Source of the DNA: an uncultured virus (IMG/VR IMGVR_UViG_3300008964_000003)
Taxonomy: Duplodnaviria; Heunggongvirae; Uroviricota; Caudoviricetes
DNA length: 20,000 nt
Virus record (IMG/VR): IMGVR_UViG_3300008964_000003
Strand: one strand, 5' to 3'
Every line of letters begins with the position of its first letter. Within the stretch, counting starts at the first letter, position 1. A program made the translations under genes and the position numbers. The notes beneath the pieces are model-generated. The model made no database searches. It was not told where the DNA came from and saw only the letters and a list, made by a program, of their open reading frames with translations. Of this stretch, positions 1 through 7,160 are shown piece by piece.

Positions 1-306
1 GAAAAGTCCAAGATCCCTATTTCGGTATCATGGGAAGGTGGCGTAGAGAAATGGTCAGGTCTTCTTGATGTTGCTCTTGCTGGTAACTATGCTGCTAAAC
101 CGTCGAATGGATGGTTCTGTCATGTAGATCAAGAAACAGGCGAATTGGTAGATACTAAATATCGTGCAAAGGATACACTAACAGAAGAATTCTGGAAACC
201 TATCTTTGAGAACACCGACTTTAAAGAATTCTTGAAAAAACAATATCAAATTGGACATGAGTCTCTTGTTAATATGGATGATATTGTACTAGAAAGCGAG
301 GAATAA
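1..306 (+). CDS. uvsX: UvsX RecA-like recombinase, C-terminal part (5' truncated by window)
   Basis: Frame 1 reads EKSKIPISVSWEGGVEKWSGLLDVALAGNYAAKPSNGWF..ETGE..KYRAKDT..EFW and stops at TAA 304-306. This matches the T4-type UvsX C-terminus and the uvsX-40-41 synteny. Confidence 0.9.
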   Translation, partial: EKSKIPISVSWEGGVEKWSGLLDVALAGNYAAKPSNGWFCHVDQETGELVDTKYRAKDTLTEEFWKPIFENTDFKEFLKKQYQIGHESLVNMDDIVLESEE

Positions 307-309
307 CAA

Positions 310-1230
310 TTGGCATTAGAATATTCGTTTTTGGAAAATGGTTGGGTTGTTAGAATACATAACCGAATTCAGGATATGTCTTTAGAAGATAAGCTTGAAG
401 CACTTGAATTGTTGCGCAAAAACGTTGTTGTTGTGTGGAAAAATCAAAAGCTAACTCCCAGAGAGGAGTTAGACTTTTGTGGATCATTTGGTAGTTATGA
501 TTTTGCAGATGTTGCCGAATATTGGGATAATCTACCGTCCGATCAACAGGATATCTTTATTAAAGAATATCCGGGAATTTTAAGAGTTACAGCAAAACCT
601 GGTACAAATGGTGGACCTGGACATTTTAGTCATAAAACTGAATTAAAATGGCACAGTGATAGGATTGGGCATCCTGATAGAAGACCTTGTGTTTGGCTGT
701 ATGGCATTACTGATACTACTGGATCAGTAACAAATTTTACCAATAATTTTCTTGCATATAATGCCCTTTCTGAAGAAGAAAAGAATTTCTATGGCGGATT
801 AAGGGTTTCCCATTATAATACACGATACCAACAAGATAGCGATAGGAGCACTCATGCATGGCGCATCGAAGAAAATCTTATCATAAAAAATATGGGTATA
901 TGGGACAATATTATCGTAGAAAACGATTTTGGGGATAAATCATTTTTCTTTTCCCCATTGCAAGTCGGTTGCATTGAAGGTATGAGCGAAGAAAAATCTT
1001 TAGAAATCGCTGATGAGCTTTTACAATATCTGACTCAACCACAATTCGTGTATTCTCACCAATGGGAAGATGGAGATGTGGTTATTAGTGAACAAACGTT
1101 TAGCATGCATTCTAGAGACGCTTTTAATGATATGGAAAAACGATATTTACACCATATACAATTTAACGTAGAAAAAATTCTGCCAGATTTAAAATATCCT
1201 GGCTACAACGATAGAGGGCATTTAGTATGA
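310..1230 (+). CDS. TauD/TfdA-family Fe(II)/2-oxoglutarate dioxygenase
   Basis: WHSD (HxD) motif, G-x-T-x-F motif, and HQWEDGDVVI...MHSR..RYLH matching the C-terminal W-x-x-GD...H.R pattern of TauD. TTG start. Confidence 0.8.
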   Translation: MALEYSFLENGWVVRIHNRIQDMSLEDKLEALELLRKNVVVVWKNQKLTPREELDFCGSFGSYDFADVAEYWDNLPSDQQDIFIKEYPGILRVTAKPGTNGGPGHFSHKTELKWHSDRIGHPDRRPCVWLYGITDTTGSVTNFTNNFLAYNALSEEEKNFYGGLRVSHYNTRYQQDSDRSTHAWRIEENLIIKNMGIWDNIIVENDFGDKSFFFSPLQVGCIEGMSEEKSLEIADELLQYLTQPQFVYSHQWEDGDVVISEQTFSMHSRDAFNDMEKRYLHHIQFNVEKILPDLKYPGYNDRGHLV

Positions 1231-1529
1231 GCGCATTTGATTTAGAAGGTAAACCGTTGCTTAATGAAAACGTAGATTATGAACTTGTTCCCTCAGAAGG
1301 TGAAAATTGGGATATTCGTATTCTATCTGGAGCTTTTACTGAAACGATTCTCAAGTTCACTAAACTTAAAGTGTCAGATGATGAAGAATATATGACATTT
1401 AACTTTGACGTCGTATCATCCCCTGACGATGAATTGAGTGATTCAAATACTGATTTACAAGACCATGCAAGTATGATATTAGATTCAATATTAGAGAATG
1501 CAGCGCGCGCGCTTGAAAATAAAAAATAA
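1227..1529 (+). CDS. Probable gp40-like head vertex assembly chaperone
   Basis: Acidic ~100 aa protein located between uvsX and the gp41 helicase, as T4 gene 40 is. Assignment rests mainly on position and size. Confidence 0.5.
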   Translation: MSAFDLEGKPLLNENVDYELVPSEGENWDIRILSGAFTETILKFTKLKVSDDEEYMTFNFDVVSSPDDELSDSNTDLQDHASMILDSILENAARALENKK

Positions 1530-1948
1530 TGAAAATCTTGATCTGCGGTCTACCAGGCAGTGGTAAGACCTATCTAGCCCAGCGACTACAGAAACAGCTA
1601 GAGTGTGCGTGGTACAACGCAGACAGTATTCGTAACATGGCGAACGACTGGGACTTCAGTGGTCCTGGTCGCCGCCGGCAGGCGGAACGTATGAACACCT
1701 TCGCTAACTTCGAACACAAGCGGGGGCGAACAGTTATCTGTGACTTCGTGTGCCCTACGTGTGAAACCCGTAAAGAGTTTGACGCGGATATTACTATTTG
1801 GATGGACACTATTACCACCGGGCGATTTGAAGACACAAACAAGATCTTCGAGAATCCCAAGGACTGGGATATTCGCGTGGATAAGTTTGAAACAGAAGAA
1901 GCGATCGAAGAAATAGCAAGAGTGCTAAAGGAAGAATATAATGTTTGA
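1529..1948 (+). CDS. Adenylylsulfate kinase (CysC)-like P-loop kinase
   Basis: GLPGSGKT Walker A; NADSIR..DWDFS..GRRRQAERM; VICDFVCP; FE-x-P motif of the APS kinase family. Confidence 0.75.
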   Translation: MKILICGLPGSGKTYLAQRLQKQLECAWYNADSIRNMANDWDFSGPGRRRQAERMNTFANFEHKRGRTVICDFVCPTCETRKEFDADITIWMDTITTGRFEDTNKIFENPKDWDIRVDKFETEEAIEEIARVLKEEYNV

Positions 1949-2351
1949 TTGGAAGAAGCCCACAGCAGAAATGCTTGGTCGTTGGCAGCCATGGCATGAC
2001 GGGCACACCGAGCTATTTAAGAAAGCGCATGCAGATGTAGGCCAAGTGGTTATTATGGTACGTGACGTCGAAGGCATTGTTGGTGAAGATGCCGGAGGTG
2101 GACGTACTGCAACCCAAGATGATAATCCATTTTATTACGATTATGTTTGTGATGCTATTGAAGATGGATTGCGAGAAGAGGGGTTTACACCGGGCTCTGA
2201 ATATGTTATTATGAAAGTACCAAACATCGTAGACATTAGCTACGGTCGAGGTGTTGGTTACACATTCACGCAACACGATCTTGGAGAAGAGACACATAGT
2301 ATCTCAGCAACTAAGATCCGTGCTGCAATGCGAGAAAAGGGTGAACTTTGA
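1941..2351 (+). CDS. HIGH-superfamily nucleotidyltransferase (cytidylyltransferase-like)
   Basis: GRWQPWHDGH (HxGH), NPF and ISATKIR motifs. Confidence 0.8.
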   Translation: MFDWKKPTAEMLGRWQPWHDGHTELFKKAHADVGQVVIMVRDVEGIVGEDAGGGRTATQDDNPFYYDYVCDAIEDGLREEGFTPGSEYVIMKVPNIVDISYGRGVGYTFTQHDLGEETHSISATKIRAAMREKGEL

Positions 2352-3724
2352 TTAATGCAAACATAGAACAAACTGTTCTAAGAAACCTATTGGTGAATGA
2401 TGAGTATATGAGGCGTGTACTCCCTTTCATCCAACCCGAATATTTTGAAGGAGTATATCAACAACTATTTCGTGAAGTAGCCAAGTTTGTTGCCAAGTAT
2501 AATAAACTGCCTACAGCTGAAGCATTTAAGATTGAACTTGATGATAATCAAACTATGTCTGATGAGCACTATCGTCATGCAGTAGAAATCATCCCAGAAA
2601 TCTTTAAGATTGAAGATATTGATGATGAATGGCTTTATAATAAAACAGAGAAGTGGTGTCAAGATCGTGCACTATTCAATGCTGTTATGGAGTCTATTAG
2701 CATTATTGATGGTAAGCATAAGACCCTCACAAAAAATGCTTTGCCTGATATCCTACAAAAAGCTTTGGCGGTTACATTTGATACAAATATTGGTCATGAC
2801 TATCTTGAGAATGTTAATGAACGATATGAATTTTATCATTCACAGGAAGAAAAGATCCCATTTGATATCGAATATTTCAATCTAATTACTAAAGGCGGCC
2901 TTGCTAATAAATCACTGAACATTGCTCTTGCTGGCACTGGCGTAGGTAAGTCTCTGTTTATGTGCCATGTTGCAGCTGCAGCCTTGAATGAAGGCAGAAA
3001 TGTTCTATATATATCCATGGAGATGAGTGAAGAACGTGTAGCTGAACGTATCGACGCCAACTTGCTTGACATTCCTATCGAACAAATTGATAGTATGGAT
3101 GAGCAGATGTTTAAAGATCGTGTAAACAGTCTTAAGACTAAAACTAATGGTAAACTTATTGTTAAAGAGTATCCAACCGGTTCGGCTAATGCTAATCACT
3201 TCAGAGCATTGTTGAATGAATTGAAACTTAAAAAAGCCTTTGTTCCAGATATTATCTTTGTAGATTATCTTAATATCTGTGCATCAGCAAGAATGAAAAT
3301 GGGAGGATCAGTAAACAGCTATGCATACATTAAAGCCATTGCTGAAGAACTACGTGGCCTTGCCGTCGAATTCGACTTACCGATCGTCTCTGCAACCCAA
3401 ACGACTCGTACTGGTTATTCTAGTTCGGATCCTGGGCTTGAAGATACCTCCGAGTCTTTTGGACTACCCGCTACCGCAGACCTAATGTTCGCTTTGGTAT
3501 CCAGCGAAGAGTTAGATGCACAAGGCCAGATTATGGTCAAACAATTGAAGAATAGATACAACGACCCAAATAAAAACAAACGCTTTGTTGTTGGTATTGA
3601 TAGATCTAAGATGAGATTGTTTGATGCTGATGATACTAGCCAAAACTTAATGAAAGACACACCAATGTTTGATCGAACCAATCAGGGTGAAGATCAGAAA
3701 AAATTTGAAGACTTTAAATTCTAG
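2348..3724 (+). CDS. 41: T4 gp41-like replicative DNA helicase (DnaB family)
   Basis: AGTGVGKS Walker A; YISMEMSEE..AERIDANL; KEYPT; IFVDYLNIC; KAIAEELRGLAVE; SATQTTR; SESFGLPATAD; KQLKNRY. TTG start. Confidence 0.96.
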   Translation: MINANIEQTVLRNLLVNDEYMRRVLPFIQPEYFEGVYQQLFREVAKFVAKYNKLPTAEAFKIELDDNQTMSDEHYRHAVEIIPEIFKIEDIDDEWLYNKTEKWCQDRALFNAVMESISIIDGKHKTLTKNALPDILQKALAVTFDTNIGHDYLENVNERYEFYHSQEEKIPFDIEYFNLITKGGLANKSLNIALAGTGVGKSLFMCHVAAAALNEGRNVLYISMEMSEERVAERIDANLLDIPIEQIDSMDEQMFKDRVNSLKTKTNGKLIVKEYPTGSANANHFRALLNELKLKKAFVPDIIFVDYLNICASARMKMGGSVNSYAYIKAIAEELRGLAVEFDLPIVSATQTTRTGYSSSDPGLEDTSESFGLPATADLMFALVSSEELDAQGQIMVKQLKNRYNDPNKNKRFVVGIDRSKMRLFDADDTSQNLMKDTPMFDRTNQGEDQKKFEDFKF

Positions 3725-3733
3725 GAGAATATT

Positions 3734-4018
3734 ATGGGAAAGAAAAGACAGAGCACTGGCAACGTATCAAAGGGTGAGCGTCGTTCATCCATTGGATACG
3801 GCAGTCAAGGCGTAACAAACGCAGACAAAATGCTTCGGAAGCTCGATGCACTTGCAAAGGGTAAAGATATTACTATTACCCTCGAAAATCCTAACAAAGA
3901 GGAAACCAATCGTAGGTTTATTAAATATAAAGTTAGCGGTAAGGCCTATGTGAAATACATTCAAGGCGGGTCTGAAATGAAAGGCGCTCGTAATCCTCTT
4001 CTTTCGCTGGGAGAATAA
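3734..4018 (+). CDS. Hypothetical basic protein
   Basis: 94 aa ORF with AGGAG RBS, tightly packed between the helicase and thyX. Confidence 0.75.
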   Translation: MGKKRQSTGNVSKGERRSSIGYGSQGVTNADKMLRKLDALAKGKDITITLENPNKEETNRRFIKYKVSGKAYVKYIQGGSEMKGARNPLLSLGE

Positions 4019-4019
4019 T

Positions 4020-4712
4020 ATGAAATTTGCAAATGAGGCTATGAAAGCCTATTTGGTTGTGCAACCAGCACCAGCAGAAGAATTTAAGGAGCACTTCAAT
4101 GACGCACTCGAGCTTATTGCCTACTGTGCCAGAGTATCTAACCCAGCTAACCAGTTCAACAAAGACACCGGAGAAAGACTTGTCCGATATCTCGTCAAGC
4201 ACAAACACTGGTCACCACTCGAAATGTGCAACGCCACAATCGGGATCGACACAACGCGGGACATCGCGCGGCAAATCCTCCGACACAGAAGCTTCTACTT
4301 TCAGGAATTTAGCCAGCGCTACGCCGATCCTAACGACCTTGATGTTTCCTTTGTTCTAAGAGAAGCGCGTCTACAAGATCCGAAGAATCGTCAGAATAGT
4401 ATTGAAAGTGACGATCTTGAATTGCAAAAAGCTTGGGTAATGAAACAAACCCAGATTATTCATGAAGCAAAACTAGCGTATCAATGGGCAATTATGAATG
4501 GTATTGCAAAAGAACAGGCACGTTGTGTTCTTCCTGAAGGCAATACTGTAAGCAAGGTGTATATGAATGGAACACTTCGTTCTTGGGTTCATTACATTGA
4601 ACTACGCTCAGGTAACGGAACACAGAAAGAACACATTGAAGTTGCGCGTGAAGTTGCTAAGGCAATCGCTAAGATCTTCCCAATGGTAGAGGAATTTGTA
4701 CATGATGAATAG
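4020..4712 (+). CDS. thyX: Flavin-dependent thymidylate synthase ThyX
   Basis: CARVS, HWSPLE, RQILRHRSFYFQEFSQRY (RHRx7S), AKEQARCVLP, NGTLRSW.H...LR, Q.EH. The start may instead be the Met at 4041. Confidence 0.95.
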   Translation: MKFANEAMKAYLVVQPAPAEEFKEHFNDALELIAYCARVSNPANQFNKDTGERLVRYLVKHKHWSPLEMCNATIGIDTTRDIARQILRHRSFYFQEFSQRYADPNDLDVSFVLREARLQDPKNRQNSIESDDLELQKAWVMKQTQIIHEAKLAYQWAIMNGIAKEQARCVLPEGNTVSKVYMNGTLRSWVHYIELRSGNGTQKEHIEVAREVAKAIAKIFPMVEEFVHDE

Positions 4713-4914
4713 AAAAATCTCAACGTATTATGCTGATCCTCCTGGCCGAGGTCATTGTGAAGTCCATATGGATTTAAAAGAAGAAATGACCTATATCAAG
4801 TACTTTGATGATAACGGTAGAATGTTTTTTACAGAGGATTTCCCTAACAAATCTTTGCGGTATGTCGAGGATGCTGCAGAGAACTGGGCCCTTGGCATAA
4901 AAAAACTAGATTAA
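4696..4914 (+). CDS. Hypothetical protein
   Basis: ORF overlapping the end of thyX, with GAGG upstream. The start is probably 4702 or 4705. Confidence 0.7.
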   Translation: MYMMNRKISTYYADPPGRGHCEVHMDLKEEMTYIKYFDDNGRMFFTEDFPNKSLRYVEDAAENWALGIKKLD

Positions 4915-4926
4915 GCGAAAATAGTT

Positions 4927-4956
4927 GTTTACACTCCTTTTCATATATGGTATAAC
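4927..4956 (+). promoter_or_regulatory. T4-type early/sigma70-like promoter
   Basis: GTTTACA (-35, TTTACA 4928-4933), 17-bp spacer, TGG-TATAAC (-10 at 4951-4956). Confidence 0.75.
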
Positions 4957-4991
4957 AGTTGTAATAATGTAATAATTAATGAGGCAGAACA

Positions 4992-5459
4992 ATGAAAATC
5001 ACTAACGCACTATCATTTATGATGACAGTAGCTATAGTAGTTGGTTTTATTATAGGCTGTACATCAGAAGAAGCAAAGGCCAAGGCAGTAAAGGATAAAA
5101 CCTGCCTCGCGCTTAACATCTACCACGAAGCACGTGGTGAACCAATTGCTGGCCAAATCGCAGTTGCACAGGTTACGATGAACCGTGTAGCGCATAAAAG
5201 CTGGCCAAATAATGTATGTAAAGTAGTATATCAGCGTAAGCAATTTAGCTGGACCCATACGATTAAAGACCATACTCCAAAAGAAACCGAGCAGTGGGAA
5301 ATTGCCAAAGATATTGCTGAAAGGGTATATAAAAATGAAGAAGATGACTTTGTACACGGTGCAGTGTTTTACCACGCTGACTACGTAAATCCTTCGTGGG
5401 CAAATGCTTATACTGAAGTAACTAAAATTGGCGCTCACATTTTTTATAAGAAAGACTAA
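4992..5459 (+). CDS. SleB/Hydrolase_2 family cell wall hydrolase
   Basis: N-terminal hydrophobic segment; CLALNIYHEARGE..GQIAVAQVTMNRV; C.VVYQ..QFSW; GAVFYHADYVNP.WA; IGAHIFY. Confidence 0.92.
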   Translation: MKITNALSFMMTVAIVVGFIIGCTSEEAKAKAVKDKTCLALNIYHEARGEPIAGQIAVAQVTMNRVAHKSWPNNVCKVVYQRKQFSWTHTIKDHTPKETEQWEIAKDIAERVYKNEEDDFVHGAVFYHADYVNPSWANAYTEVTKIGAHIFYKKD

Positions 5460-5461
5460 TA

Positions 5462-5995
5462 ATGAAACTATTGATTGTCGGACATGCTCGACACGGTAAA
5501 GATACTGTAGCAGAATACTTTGAATCAAAATACGGATTGCAGTTTGCATCTTCAAGTATGCATAATGCAGAGCATACTGTATTTCCTGTATTGGCACCAC
5601 TATATGGTTATAAGACTGTACAAGAATGTTTTGAAGATCGTGGTAACCATAGATCAGAATGGTATGATCTTATTGCTGCACGCTGTAAAGACGATCCTGC
5701 TACCATTGGCCGTGAGATCTTTGAGATTTCTGACATCTATGCAGGTCTTCGTAATAAACGTGAATTCCATGGTATCAAGAATGCTGGCTTGATTGATTGT
5801 GCTATTTGGGTAGATCGCTCAGACCATCTTCCACCTGAAGATAAGTCGTCTATGAGTCTAGAACCATGGATGACTGATTATGTTATTGATAATAATGGCA
5901 CTCTAGAACAATTGTATCAAGCCATTGATGCTTTGTATTACACTCTAGCCTATCGTTTTGACGGCTTAGGTCATGAATATGAAATGTATCCTTAA
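5462..5995 (+). CDS. Deoxynucleoside monophosphate kinase (T4 gp1-like)
   Basis: N-terminal G-HARH-GKDT P-loop, G.R...E motif, DYVIDNNGTLEQL C-terminal motif. Confidence 0.7.
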   Translation: MKLLIVGHARHGKDTVAEYFESKYGLQFASSSMHNAEHTVFPVLAPLYGYKTVQECFEDRGNHRSEWYDLIAARCKDDPATIGREIFEISDIYAGLRNKREFHGIKNAGLIDCAIWVDRSDHLPPEDKSSMSLEPWMTDYVIDNNGTLEQLYQAIDALYYTLAYRFDGLGHEYEMYP

Positions 5996-6227
5996 AAAAG
6001 CTATTAATTGGTGGCGGATGACTGACCACAAGAATAAGATGGAACAGCGTCAAAAAGAGGTAGAATCTATCTATGAAAAAACCAATAATATACGGAAAAG
6101 AATCTCCGCTCTTAGAAGCAGCCATGGATGGGATAAGAAACCCACTGAAGCTGTACCGGTACCGGAATCCAAACCGTACGTCAAACCCGGACTCGAGGAT
6201 ATCAAAGCAAAGCTTCGTAAAAAGTGA
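5973..6227 (+). CDS. Hypothetical basic protein
   Basis: ORF filling the gap before the tmRNA promoter; start position uncertain. Confidence 0.55.
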   Translation: MNMKCILKKAINWWRMTDHKNKMEQRQKEVESIYEKTNNIRKRISALRSSHGWDKKPTEAVPVPESKPYVKPGLEDIKAKLRKK

Positions 6228-6262
6228 TTTAAAAGTCACAGTATTAAAACTATAATATAGGG

Positions 6263-6292
6263 GTTTACTTAATCCATCCTTTATGTTAATAT
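6263..6292 (+). promoter_or_regulatory. Promoter for tmRNA precursor
   Basis: GTTTACT (-35, TTTACT 6264-6269), 17-bp spacer, TGt-TAATAT (-10 at 6287-6292). Predicted +1 near 6298-6300, the start of the acceptor piece. Confidence 0.7.
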
Positions 6293-6373
6293 ATAACCTG
6301 TAAACGTTGAAGCAACGTGGACACATTCTGGACCTGGGGGCGGTACCCAGCGACTCCACCATAAGGATACACA

Positions 6374-6571
6374 ATGAAACAATATTCAAAAGAATATTTA
6401 GAGTTTGAACTGAAACACACTAAAGAGTTGGTAGAACTTCATCATAACACAAGAGATGAAGAATTGAGACTTCAAATTTTAGAAGTTAGAAAAACTCTTG
6501 AGCGTATCTTTTTGATGGGGTCGAAATTAGGATCGACAGGTGTGAAAGTGAAAGTGGAGTTTACCGGATGA
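6374..6571 (+). CDS. Putative small protein encoded in the tmRNA intervening segment, running into the coding piece
   Basis: AAGGA RBS 6 nt before the ATG; 47 stop-free codons in AT-rich spacer; charged amphipathic-helix composition; stop TGA 6569-6571 lies inside the tmRNA coding piece. Confidence 0.5.
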   Translation: MKQYSKEYLEFELKHTKELVELHHNTRDEELRLQILEVRKTLERIFLMGSKLGSTGVKVKVEFTG

Positions 6572-6598
6572 CTGCGTTATTGGTCAATTAAACTAAAT

Positions 6599-6643
6599 GC
6601 AAATGAAAATTTCGCACCTACAGGTTACGCCCTAGCGGCATAA
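6599..6643 (+). other. tmRNA proteolysis tag reading frame ANENFAPTGYALAA*
   Basis: GCA AAT GAA AAT TTC GCA CCT ACA GGT TAC GCC CTA GCG GCA TAA, an AN[D/E]NF...ALAA tag of the alphaproteobacterial type. Confidence 0.92.
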
Positions 6644-6713
6644 TGCTGGTGGGTATGAGCACCACCTAGAAACAGAACGGACTCGCAACAACTTTAATTT
6701 TATAGGACTAAAA

Positions 6714-7049
6714 ATGAAAAATATTCTCTTGGCAACAGCCGCAACATTCGCTCTTACAACTTCTGCATTTGCAGCTGATCTAGGCTATGCCGGTGACGTT
6801 GAATATGATATTGAAACAGAAACAGCTGCACTTGAATTTGGACCAGCACTTTCAATGGCCGGTTTCCTAGTTGAACCAAAAATGCACGCAGGTGCTACAT
6901 TTACAGACGGCGCAACAGTAAACTTTACTGGTGTATCTGCAAAAGCAACATACGGCGTAACTGCTAATGTTTCTGTATATGGTACAGTATCAGCTGACAA
7001 AGACTTTAAATACGACACAGCAACAGTTGGTGTTGGCTTTAACTTCTAA
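6714..7049 (+). CDS. Small outer-membrane beta-barrel/porin-like protein
   Basis: Sec signal peptide ending ..SAFA-A, alternating amphipathic beta strands, C-terminal VGVGFNF BAM beta-signal; AGGA RBS. Confidence 0.75.
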   Translation: MKNILLATAATFALTTSAFAADLGYAGDVEYDIETETAALEFGPALSMAGFLVEPKMHAGATFTDGATVNFTGVSAKATYGVTANVSVYGTVSADKDFKYDTATVGVGFNF

Positions 7050-7092
7050 TAACTGCCTTTGGCACAGGGATAGGCTATACGCCATCCGAATT

Positions 7093-7122
7093 AAAAGAGC
7101 GTCCTTGTGGCGCTCTTTTTTT
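7093..7122 (+). terminator. Rho-independent terminator
   Basis: AAAAGAGCG-tccttgtgg-CGCTCTTTT-TTT hairpin with U tract. Confidence 0.85.
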
Positions 7123-7123
7123 A

Positions 7124-7131
7124 CATAAATA
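7124..7131 (+). promoter_or_regulatory. Probable T4-type late promoter
   Basis: CATAAATA (one mismatch to TATAAATA), directly after the terminator and 30 nt upstream of the operon start; no -35 element. Confidence 0.55.
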
Positions 7132-7160
7132 TGAATGTTATTATATTATAGGACTATGCT

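Larger units (their letters stand above)
6299..6690 (+). ncRNA. ssrA: Circularly permuted two-piece tmRNA (alphaproteobacterial type): acceptor piece ~6299-6361, intervening segment 6362-6516, coding piece 6517-~6690
   Basis: T-arm CTGGG-GGCGGTA-CCCAG (6334-6350, alpha-type GGCRGUA loop). CGACTCC-A-CCA (6351-6361) pairs with GGGGTCG (6517-6523), giving the G3.U70 alanine determinant. GGATCGAC follows. CAGGTGTG pairs with CACATTCTG, and GTTTAC with GTAAAC (helix 2). Tag frame 6599-6643. Outer ends approximate. Confidence 0.93.

Noticed and set aside
6334..6361. tRNA gene or attP-type tRNA fragment
   Set aside because: There is no anticodon arm, and the matching 5' acceptor strand and tag frame lie downstream, so it is the acceptor piece of a permuted tmRNA.
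7053..7087. Small hairpins after the porin-like gene (TGCC-ttt-GGCA; GGATAGGC..GCCATCC)
   Set aside because: Too short and weak to call an ncRNA; probably 3' UTR structure.
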